From Candidatus Limnocylindrales bacterium (lineage in GTDB: Bacteria; Chloroflexota; Limnocylindria; Limnocylindrales; CSP1-4), in contig DATFHO010000045.1 of the NCBI GenBank assembly GCA_035248345.1, positions 53,398 through 117,397 of the forward strand: a stretch of 64,000 bases of DNA, read 5' to 3'. How positions within the stretch are numbered: position 1 is the first letter of the stretch; each line of letters starts with the position of its first letter. The translations under genes and the position numbers were made by a program. Positions 1-7,481 of the stretch are shown piece after piece. Under the pieces are notes generated by a model that was not told where the DNA came from, ran no database searches, and worked only from the letters and a program-made list of their open reading frames with translations.

Positions 1-690
1 CGTTTCGTGGCGGGTGTTCGGGTCAGCGATCCCGATGTACGGCTGGTAGTCGTCGGTGTAGATCGCCTCGGCCTCGTCGGCCATCACGGACTTCAGGAAC
101 TCGTGGAGCGCCTTCCGGTTGACGCGATCCGACACCTTCAGCCGGACCCGCCCGCCGCGCTCGACCGCACCAATGATCGCGGTCTTGTTGCTCCCGTAGC
201 CGACGCCACCGCGTCCGGGGATGCGCCGGCCAAACCGCATCGGCGGGTTGCCGTGGTACGTCTCGTCAGCCTCGATGATGCCCGTAAGCGGCTCCGGGTC
301 GACTTCGATCATCGCGGCGCGGATGCGATGGCACAGGTACCAAGCGGTCTTGTACGAGACGCCAAGCATCCGCTTCATTTGGTTGGCGCTGATCCCCTTC
401 TTGGACTCGCCCATCACGTACACGGCGAGGAACCACTTCCACAGGGGAAGGTGGGAGTCGTGGAAGATCGTGCCAGCGGTGACGCTGAACTGATAGCGGC
501 AGGAGTCGCAGTCGAACTGCGCTCGAGCCTTGATCCGGCTGATCTTGTCGCTACCGCAGCGGGTGCAGCGGACGCCTTCGGGCCAGCGAAGCTGCTCCAG
601 GTACGTCCGGCACTTGTCTTCCGAACCGAACTGCACGATCAAGTCAACGAGGTTCAGTTCCTGAGCAAAGGTAGGGCGGCGTGATGCCAT
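1..690 (-). mobile_element. IS1595-family (ISXO2-like) DDE transposase gene, N-terminal 230 codons; ORF continues past the left window edge
   Basis: Missing from the ORF track because no stop lies in the window. My reverse-complement translation from ATG (complement of 688-690) gives MASRRPTFAQELNLVDLIVQFGSEDKCRTYLEQLRWPEGVRCTRCGSDKISRIKARAQFDCDSCRYQFSVTAGTIFHDSHLPLWKWFLAVYVMGESKKGISANQMKRMLGVSYKTAWYLCHRIRAAM...IIEADETYHG. This shows a CxxC..CxxC zinc ribbon, an HTH and the 'EADETY' entry into the DDE domain, which is the IS1595 layout. The frame stays open to base 1. Confidence 0.8.
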
Positions 691-973
691 CAGAGAAGCC
701 TCAGAACCCCAAGAAGGCCGGGGAGATGACGACGGACGAAGCGATCCGGCACTTGTTCCACCCGGAGGTCATCGAGCACGCCAAGCGGCACGCCGCGGCG
801 GTTCCTAGGAAGAAGCGGGAGCCGGTTCCAAAGTCCATGAACGAAGACTAGTGGAAGATCGGCCTTGTGTCAAGTATACAACCCATTGGGACGAAAGTAC
901 CGGTCGTTCACGGGGCAGGCGCGGGAACGTTGCGTCCTGGCATCGCACGGGGATCAGCGTGCTGCTGGCGGGT

Positions 974-1951
974 TCAGCGTCCCTCGGGCGGCTTCGTGAT
1001 GCGGATCCAGGCAAGGCTGCCGGCCACGCTGAGGACGGCCACGGCGGCGACGATCAGGATCGCGAACAGCGGGTCACCGACGAGCCCGGGACCACCGCCG
1101 CTCGTTCGCGTGTCGCTTCCGGGGCGCAGTGTCGGGTCGGGGCTCGCGGCGAGGGCCGCCGTGGCGCCGCCACCGATGACGGCGTCGAGCAGCCACCAGC
1201 CGACGGCGATCGCGAAGCAGATCCCCGCCGTGATGAGCGCCGCGACGGCGATCCGCGAGCGATTCGTCGCGCCACCCGTGAGGACGCGCATCGCCTCCTC
1301 GTCCTCGAGGATCGAGATGATCAGCGGGCGGCCGAGTCCCGGGCCGATCTCGAGCTGGTCATCCTTGCCGCGTCGCGGCACCCCGAGGACGGCAGCATGG
1401 TCGACCGTCGAGACGTAGCCCGTCTCCATTCGCGCCTCGGCTGCCGGATCGATGCCCGCCGCGGTCATCGCCTCGAGGTCGGCTGCCGTCCCGACCCGCT
1501 GGCGCGGCACGGTCACGAGCCCCTCGGTGATCTGGGAGGCGTCGACCGCGATCTCGTCCAGTCCTTCCCGAACGACGAAGGGGACGACTTCGAGCTTCGC
1601 ATCGAACGGGCGCCAGCGGCCGCCCGCCGCGGGTCGCCACGCATATGCCGTCCGACGCAGCACGAGGGGCCGGTGGTCGTCGTCCTCCCAGTCGTCCTCG
1701 CTGTCGATGCGGCCGTCGATTCGGACGTAGCGCTGCGTGCCCTGCTCCGCCAGGGCCCGGGCCTCCGCGACCGACACGTGGGGAGCGACCGCCAACAGCC
1801 GGCCGATCCGGTACCGCGGCCCGAAGCTGCGCAGGATCACCGTCGCCACGATGAGCGCGGCGAAGCCGACGGTCGAGAGGAGGAGGGGACCCACGCCCGG
1901 AATCATAGGTGGCGTGGCCGCGAGGGCACCGCCGCCGGCCCGGGGAATCAA
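974..1951 (-). CDS. membrane protein of unknown function: N-terminal TM helix, soluble middle domain, two C-terminal TM helices (GIDE-like architecture)
   Basis: 325-aa ORF. Hydrophobic segments are VGPLLLSTVGFAALIVATVIL (N-terminal), then IAVAALITAGICFAIAVGWWLL and LFAILIVAAVAVLSVAGSLAWI (C-terminal). The composition is protein-like, unlike the overlapping Arg-rich antisense ORFs. An alternative ATG lies at 1906. Confidence 0.55.
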   Translation of the reverse strand: MIPRAGGGALAATPPMIPGVGPLLLSTVGFAALIVATVILRSFGPRYRIGRLLAVAPHVSVAEARALAEQGTQRYVRIDGRIDSEDDWEDDDHRPLVLRRTAYAWRPAAGGRWRPFDAKLEVVPFVVREGLDEIAVDASQITEGLVTVPRQRVGTAADLEAMTAAGIDPAAEARMETGYVSTVDHAAVLGVPRRGKDDQLEIGPGLGRPLIISILEDEEAMRVLTGGATNRSRIAVAALITAGICFAIAVGWWLLDAVIGGGATAALAASPDPTLRPGSDTRTSGGGPGLVGDPLFAILIVAAVAVLSVAGSLAWIRITKPPEGR

Positions 1952-2136
1952 AGGGCCCGGAGGAACCTACCCAACACGTGGACCTTGATGCGATCGCGGT
2001 CGTTAGTGTCGCTCGGCCCCTCCGGGCTGGTGACAACACTAGGTGCCGCGCCGCGGCGGATCAATCCCACTTACCCACGAGATTCCGTGGACATCGCTGG
2101 CTTGTCCACGGCGTATCCACGACGCACACCCGCCGG

Positions 2137-2706
2137 CTAGGCGCTCCGGCCGGTCGCGGGATCGAGTGCCTGCACGCCGCCGCCGTACGCGGTGAGGACG
2201 AGCCGGCCGCCGACCATCGATGCTTCCGTGACGACGTCCGTGTGCGCGATCCGCCACGCGACCGTGCCGTCGGCTTCGATCGCGAACGTCTCCAGCTCCG
2301 CCTGCAGCACGACATGCCGGAGTCGCGAGGAGGTGAATACGGCGAGCAGCGGTGTCGCGGAGCGGTGGATCCACTCGCGCGCGCCCGTGCGCGCAGCGAG
2401 CCCGTACGCGTGGAACCCGTACTTGACCACCAGCTGGCCTGCGGTGTCCCAGAGCTGCGCGGAGGGCTCGTCGTTGATGCGCGACGCAAGGCGGACGGAC
2501 CAGCCCCCGGCGGGCCCGTCGACCCGGAGCTCGGCGCGGCACAGCTCATCCGGCGACGGCGATACCTCCGGACCGAGGTCGACCAGCGACCCTTCCGCCT
2601 CGGACAGCGCGAACACCGCGGCCGCCTGGCCGGAGCCGCCCCAGCGCCAGCGCGCGCGCAGGCCACCGGGATAGGAAACGGTGGCGTCGCGAGGTTCGGC
2701 GGCCAT
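2137..2706 (-). CDS. hypothetical protein with beta-propeller (PQQ/BamB-like) repeat character
   Basis: Internal ATG (complement of 2704-2706) of ORF 2137..2850 gives MAAEPRDATVSYPGG...TVAWRIAHTDVVTEASMVGGRLVLTAYGGGVQALDPATGRSA. It lies 23 nt downstream of the ybaK-like stop on the same strand. The upstream 48 codons of the ORF are Arg/Pro-rich and unlikely to be coding. Confidence 0.45.
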   Translation of the reverse strand: MAAEPRDATVSYPGGLRARWRWGGSGQAAAVFALSEAEGSLVDLGPEVSPSPDELCRAELRVDGPAGGWSVRLASRINDEPSAQLWDTAGQLVVKYGFHAYGLAARTGAREWIHRSATPLLAVFTSSRLRHVVLQAELETFAIEADGTVAWRIAHTDVVTEASMVGGRLVLTAYGGGVQALDPATGRSA

Positions 2707-2729
2707 GTCGGAGCTGCGCGCGCGGAGGC

Positions 2730-3251
2730 CTACGAGGCCTGGGCTGCCGGCGGCTCCTCGGCAATCGGGGCGACGTGGGCGTCGGCGAGCATCCGGAGCA
2801 CTGCGGGCGCGACCGGGAACACCGCGGTCGGCAGTCCCGCGGCGGCCCACACCGTCTCGTAGAGACTGAGATCGGGATCCATGATCACGCGCGTCTTCTG
2901 CTGGTGCCCGAACGGCGGGATGCCCCCGATCGTGTAGCCGGTCAGCTCGTCGGCTTCCTTCGCCGTCGATCTCCGGACGTCACGCCGGCCGACGACCGCC
3001 GCGAGCCTTTCGAGGTCCACGCGGTTCGACCCGGACACGAGGCACACGATCGGTTCGAGCGAGCCGTCCTCGTTCGTCGTCACGAACACGAGCGACTTGA
3101 CGATCTGGGCGATCTCGGCGCCCACCACACGGGCGGCGTCGGCTGCGGTGTGCGTGCTGTCGGGAAAGGTCATGACCTCGAGGGTCACGCCTTTGCGAGC
3201 GGCGACGTCCAGCACCCGCTGGACGGCCGGGTGCACGAGGGTGATCGGCAC
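2730..3251 (-). CDS. YbaK/EbsC-type aminoacyl-tRNA deacylase (prolyl-tRNA editing domain family)
   Basis: 173 aa. Contains VKSLVF, the CLVSGSNRVDL block and the GYTIGGIPPFGH glycine-rich motif typical of YbaK/ProX editing domains. Confidence 0.8.
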   Translation of the reverse strand: MPITLVHPAVQRVLDVAARKGVTLEVMTFPDSTHTAADAARVVGAEIAQIVKSLVFVTTNEDGSLEPIVCLVSGSNRVDLERLAAVVGRRDVRRSTAKEADELTGYTIGGIPPFGHQQKTRVIMDPDLSLYETVWAAAGLPTAVFPVAPAVLRMLADAHVAPIAEEPPAAQAS

Positions 3252-3317
3252 GGACGGGAGGATAGCAGCGGGCCGTGCGGCCGGGATCGCAACTCGGAGC
3301 GGCTACGATTCGATCGC

Positions 3318-3989
3318 ATGGACGCCATCGTCTTCGACTGGGACGGCACGCTCATCGACACCCTGCCCGCGATCTACGAGGCCAACCGGCTCGTGCTCGC
3401 GGAGCACGGCCTGCCGTTCGATCCCGACCTGTACCGCGCCGCCTACGTGCCCGACTGGCGGCTCATGTACCACCGCCTCGGCGTCCCCGACGACAAGCTC
3501 GAGCACGTTGGCCTTCGATGGCTCGAGCTGTACCGACTCGCGGGCGAGGCCAGCCTGCTGCCCCGATCCGCCGAGTCGCTGCGGCGTCTCTCGGAAGCCG
3601 GGTACGTGCTCGGCCTCGTGACCGCCGGCGACCGTGACGTCGTGACCGAGCAGATCCAGCGGCTTGGTGTCGATGCCTACCTGACGGTCCGGGTCTTCGG
3701 CAACGACGAGTTCTCGCCGAAGCCCCACCCGGACCCGCTGCTCCACGTCCTGGAGCGCCTGGAGCGGCGGGATCGCGTCGCGACCGCGCGGTACATCGGC
3801 GACGTGCCCGACGATATGCGCATGGCCAGGGCGGTGGGTGCGATCGGCGTGGGCATCGAGTCGGTCAACTGGCGACCGGACGACCTTCGCGACGCGGGTG
3901 CGTCGGCGATCTTCCCGAGCGTCGCCGCGTTCGTCGACGACCTCCTCGGCCAGGCCGCCGAGACGCCGGCGGCCGCCGGGCGCGCCTGA
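3318..3989 (+). CDS. HAD-superfamily hydrolase (phosphoglycolate phosphatase-like)
   Basis: Internal ATG at 3318 of ORF 2775..3989. HAD motif I is VFDWDGTLID (DxDGT), motif II LVTAG, and motif IV YIGDVPDDMRMARAVG. Divergent from the ybaK-like gene. Confidence 0.85.
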   Translation: MDAIVFDWDGTLIDTLPAIYEANRLVLAEHGLPFDPDLYRAAYVPDWRLMYHRLGVPDDKLEHVGLRWLELYRLAGEASLLPRSAESLRRLSEAGYVLGLVTAGDRDVVTEQIQRLGVDAYLTVRVFGNDEFSPKPHPDPLLHVLERLERRDRVATARYIGDVPDDMRMARAVGAIGVGIESVNWRPDDLRDAGASAIFPSVAAFVDDLLGQAAETPAAAGRA

Positions 3990-4006
3990 CGCTCCGAGCC
4001 GAGCAC

Positions 4007-4690
4007 ATGGCAGCGTCGCGTGGCGCGATCGTCCTCGCCGACGGCGACGTGCCGAGCCGCGACCTCCTCGACACGACGTGGCCGGGGTGGCTCGACGGCA
4101 TCGAGCTCGTCGTCGCCGCCGATGGCGGCGCGCGCCACGCAACTGCCCTCCGGCTTCCCATCGATATCTGGGTCGGTGACGGCGATTCGGTCGATGCCGA
4201 GCTGCTCGCCCGGCTCGAGGCGGATGGCGTGGACATTCGGCGGGTCCCCGCCGAGAAGGACGAGACGGATGCGGAGCTTGCCGTCGCGACGGCGGCTGCC
4301 GCGGGCGCCGGCCAGGTGATCGTCCTCGGTGGGCTCGGCGGCCCGCGACTGGACCATGCGCTCGCGAATCTCGGGCTCGTGCAGCACCCTGCGCTGGCGT
4401 GGGACGGAGCGGTGCTGTACGACGCCGGGTGCGCGCGGATCTCGATCCTGACCGGCCCCGCCACACGCAACCTCCATGGTCGCGAGGGCGACGTCGTGAC
4501 GCTGCTGCCGGTCGGGGCAACCGCCCGCGGCGTGCGGACGACGAACCTGCGATACCCGCTCGTCGCGGAGGACCTCGAGCTCGGGCGGACACGCGGCGTG
4601 TCGAACGTCCGGAGCGCGCCGGAGGCGACCGTGAGCCTCGAATCGGGCCGGCTTCTCGTGATCGAAACCCCTGTTACAGTCGGCCGATGA
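4007..4690 (+). CDS. thiamine pyrophosphokinase
   Basis: 227 aa. Contains VVAADGGARHA, IWVGDGDSVD and EKDETDAELAV, plus a C-terminal thiamine-binding beta domain (VTLLPVG...TTNLRYPL). The stop overlaps the bcp start (ATGA at 4687-4690). Confidence 0.75.
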   Translation: MAASRGAIVLADGDVPSRDLLDTTWPGWLDGIELVVAADGGARHATALRLPIDIWVGDGDSVDAELLARLEADGVDIRRVPAEKDETDAELAVATAAAAGAGQVIVLGGLGGPRLDHALANLGLVQHPALAWDGAVLYDAGCARISILTGPATRNLHGREGDVVTLLPVGATARGVRTTNLRYPLVAEDLELGRTRGVSNVRSAPEATVSLESGRLLVIETPVTVGR

Positions 4691-5172
4691 GCGTTCCCCA
4701 GGCTGGCCAGCAGGCCCCAGACGTCGTCCTTCCCGATGAGACCGGCAAGGTCCACCGGCTCGCCGACCAGAAGGGTCGCTGGACCGTCCTGTACTTCTAC
4801 CCCAAGGACGACACGCCGGGCTGCAACACTGAGGCGTGCCAGTTCCGCGACCTGAACGAGGACTACGTCGCGACGGACGCCGATGTCTGGGGCGTCAGCA
4901 AGGACAGCGCCGCGAGCCACCAGCGGTTCCGCGAGAAGTTCGACCTCCCCTTCACACTCCTCTCCGACCCCGAGCGGGACGTGATCGACCGATACGGCGC
5001 GTGGGGCGAGAAGACGATGGTCGGGCGGAAGTACATGGGCATCATCCGATCGACCTTCCTCATCGATCCCGACGGCAAGGTCGTGCGCACATGGCCCAAG
5101 GTCAAGGCCGACGGCCACCCCGCCGAGGTGCTGCAGGCACTCGGCGAGGAGCGCGCGAAGCGGGCCTCGTGA
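4687..5172 (+). CDS. bcp: thiol peroxidase Bcp (atypical 2-Cys peroxiredoxin)
   Basis: Internal ATG at 4687 of ORF 4399..5172. Carries the peroxiredoxin signature FYPKDDTPGCNTEAC (peroxidatic Cys with a second Cys 5 residues later) and RSTFLIDPDGKV. Confidence 0.9.
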   Translation: MSVPQAGQQAPDVVLPDETGKVHRLADQKGRWTVLYFYPKDDTPGCNTEACQFRDLNEDYVATDADVWGVSKDSAASHQRFREKFDLPFTLLSDPERDVIDRYGAWGEKTMVGRKYMGIIRSTFLIDPDGKVVRTWPKVKADGHPAEVLQALGEERAKRAS

Positions 5173-6020
5173 GCGACGAGGGAACCAAGCCGGACGAGAC
5201 CGGGGCCAGCGCCGAAGCCGCTCCACCGGCGAAGGCTCCGACGCAGGAGCCGCATGCCTGGCGTCCAAACCGGTTCATGGTCATCGCGGCGCACCCGGAT
5301 GACGCCGATTTCGGTCCTGCGGCGACCGCCGCGTCGTGGATCGACCAGGGCTCCGTCGGCTGGCTCGTCTGCTGCACCAGCGGCGACCAGGGCGGCGAGG
5401 ACCCGAACATGGATCCGATGGAGCTCGCGCAGATCCGCGAGCGCGAGCAGCGCGCGGCTGCCAAGGTCGTCGGCTACGAGGGCGTGACGTTCCTGCACGT
5501 GCCCGATGGCGCGCTCGTGAACGATCTCGCCCTTCGCGAGCACCTCGTGCGCGAGATCCGGACCTTCCGCCCGGATGCCGTGCTCGCCACGGACCCGGAG
5601 AACACGTTCCCGCGCGGCGCCGGGGTCAACCACACGGATCACCGAGCGGCGGGTTGGGCCGCCGCGGATGCCGTCTATCCCGCGGCGCGCAACCCGATGG
5701 CGTTCCCGTGGCTCGCCAAGAGCGGGCTCGAGAAGCAGGTCGTGCGCCGCCTGTACTTCTTCTGGACGCATCGCGCGAACGCCTATGTCGACACGACGAA
5801 CACCATCGATCGCAAGCTGGGCGCCCTGCGCTGCCACGAGAGCCAGATCCAGGATTTCGAGGGCCTCGAGACGCGGATGCGCGAGTGGGGCGCCGAGGTC
5901 GGCAAGGAGATCGGGACCGCGGCCGCAGACGGGTTCTTCCACGTCGTGATCGACGACGACGAGGACGAGGGGCCGGACCCGGTGCCCGCCGGGGCCGCAA
6001 CCGGCGCCACGAGCGAGTAG
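5169..6020 (+). CDS. PIG-L/LmbE-family N-acetylglucosaminyl deacetylase
   Basis: GTG at 5169 overlaps the bcp stop (GTGA). Contains the VIAAHPDDADFG zinc motif (AHPDD), a later HTDH, and CHESQ near the C-terminus. The acidic tail is low complexity. Confidence 0.8.
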   Translation: MSDEGTKPDETGASAEAAPPAKAPTQEPHAWRPNRFMVIAAHPDDADFGPAATAASWIDQGSVGWLVCCTSGDQGGEDPNMDPMELAQIREREQRAAAKVVGYEGVTFLHVPDGALVNDLALREHLVREIRTFRPDAVLATDPENTFPRGAGVNHTDHRAAGWAAADAVYPAARNPMAFPWLAKSGLEKQVVRRLYFFWTHRANAYVDTTNTIDRKLGALRCHESQIQDFEGLETRMREWGAEVGKEIGTAAADGFFHVVIDDDEDEGPDPVPAGAATGATSE

Positions 6021-6053
6021 CCAGGACGCATCTGCCCCGGCCCCTGGGGCTTC

Positions 6054-6241
6054 GATGTTCGCCTATTGATCATTCTTGGGCGAAGCAGCGTCTCAACGAC
6101 TCCGAAATTCCGTCAGCCTCGGCCCGTAGGCGGGGATTCGTGCTCAGTGAAGGTCGCCGCTCGGTGATCCTGAGGCTCGCGGGCTCACCTTCCGGTCCGT
6201 AGCGCTTCGCTAACCCGCGAAATGATCAATGAGCGAACATT
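6054..6241. repeat. inverted-repeat-bounded element of about 188 bp (copy A; MITE-like or structured RNA)
   Basis: Left arm GATGTTCGCCTATTGATC (6054-6071). The reverse complement of the right arm (6224-6241) is AATGTTCGCTCATTGATC, matching 15/18. The interior is lower in GC than the flanks and holds a nested GCGAAGC/GCTTCGC stem. It lies between convergent gene ends. A second copy with the same termini is at 63011-63185. Confidence 0.55.
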
Positions 6242-6280
6242 CTTGGCGGCAAGGCGGCTGCGGCAGCGATGGGGGAGAGG

Positions 6281-7300
6281 CTAGAGGGCTGAGGAAGGCT
6301 CCCGGACCAGCTCCTCGCGGAACAGCACCGGGCGAACCGCGTCCCACGCGATCCACAGGTCCTCGAGGCCCGCGGCGTGCTCGCCGAGCAGCGTCTGCAT
6401 GGACGGCGCGGAGTATTCCGGCCCCGCTGCGGCGAGCAGCTCCTCGGGCGCGGGTCGGGCACCGACGAACAGGAAGGCGATCTCGGCCTGGTTGGGCCAC
6501 GAGCGGAGCCGGCGCGGCTCGACACCGACGTCGGCCAGCGCGCGGGTCACGTCGCGGTAGACCGGCACGCGCGAATCCGCCCAGCCGTCGGCGCCGTCGT
6601 AGCGGTAGCCCATCGAGGCGAGGGAGCCGGCGATCCGGCGGCACTGCTCCACGGTGAACTGGTCCCAGAAGGGCGTGCCCATCGGGAAGTCGATGACGGA
6701 TTCGCGAATGGCGACCGCGGCCATGCCGTCGACGAGCCCGCCGAGCAGCACCTCCCAGTCGCGGCGGCCCGTGCCGGTGCCCGCCACCTCGTCGACCACC
6801 TCGATCAGGGCGAGATGCTCGCCGCGCAGCATCCGCTCGATGGGTGTGCCGTGGACGACGCGGCGCCGGATGCCCTCGAGCTCGCGCGCCGGCTCGGGCT
6901 GGATCTCGACGGCAACCGCTGGACGAGATGGAACGATCGTTCGATCCGCGACCGCTGCCGCGGCGGGAGCCGGAGCCGCAACGGGCGGAGAAACCGGGAC
7001 CTCGATCGGGATGCCGACGGGCGCGCGGCGGGTCGCGCCGTCCCCGCCGTCGGAGGCCCCATCGCCGGTGCGATCGGCCGTCCGTCGGTCGCCCGGACCG
7101 CCCGGCGCTGGGCCGGTCGACGGCGGCATGAACGCGTCCTGGGACAGCGTTTTCGAACGTGAGGGAACTGCCTCACGGGTCACCGTGACGCGGACGTCGC
7201 GCCGCCCCGTGCCCCTGCCAACGACCAGCAGCAGCGCGGAACCGACGGCAACACCGAGGCAGAGGCCGAGGGCCAGGAAGGCCAGCTCGCTCGCGGTCAC
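6281..7300 (-). CDS. membrane-anchored hypothetical protein (N-terminal TM, Pro/Ala-rich linker, conserved-looking C-terminal domain)
   Basis: ORF 6281..7468. I prefer the GTG at 7300, giving (M)TASELAFLALGLCLGVAVGSALLLVVGRG. The upstream 56 codons are Arg/Pro-rich and contain a good promoter-like motif. The C-terminal 200 aa (ERMLRGEHLALIEVVDE...FWDQFTVEQCRRIAGSLASMGYRYDG) look like a folded domain. Confidence 0.55.
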   Translation of the reverse strand: MTASELAFLALGLCLGVAVGSALLLVVGRGTGRRDVRVTVTREAVPSRSKTLSQDAFMPPSTGPAPGGPGDRRTADRTGDGASDGGDGATRRAPVGIPIEVPVSPPVAAPAPAAAAVADRTIVPSRPAVAVEIQPEPARELEGIRRRVVHGTPIERMLRGEHLALIEVVDEVAGTGTGRRDWEVLLGGLVDGMAAVAIRESVIDFPMGTPFWDQFTVEQCRRIAGSLASMGYRYDGADGWADSRVPVYRDVTRALADVGVEPRRLRSWPNQAEIAFLFVGARPAPEELLAAAGPEYSAPSMQTLLGEHAAGLEDLWIAWDAVRPVLFREELVREPSSAL

Positions 7301-7357
7301 GCTGGGGTCGGAAACCTCGAAGTCCAGCGCCGCCCGGGGGCGCCGTCGCCGCGGCCG

Positions 7358-7386
7358 AGGGTAGCTGCGCGCATATGCCGCGTCAA
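7358..7386 (-). promoter_or_regulatory. candidate sigma-A type promoter for the 6281-7300 gene
   Basis: On the minus strand: TTGACG (complement of 7381-7386), a 17-nt spacer, then TACCCT (complement of 7358-7363, TAnnnT). It lies about 55 nt upstream of the GTG at 7300. Confidence 0.35.
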
Positions 7387-7481
7387 CTTGATGACGAGCA
7401 CGCCCGGTCTCGGGTGCAATGCCCGGAATCCGGCGGTAGACTGACCGGGCCGGCCCCGATCGGGACACCGGTTATCGCAGT

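Noticed and set aside
684-851. Small plus-strand ORF (41-56 aa) next to the transposase start
   Set aside because: I recognise no family, the start is ambiguous and it overlaps the transposase ATG. It is mentioned only as part of the IS-boundary question.
6281-7468. Full 395-aa extent of the membrane-protein ORF
   Set aside because: The first 56 codons are Arg/Pro-rich and contain a good promoter-like TTGACG-17-TACCCT. I report the GTG at 7300 as the start instead, but the longer form cannot be excluded.
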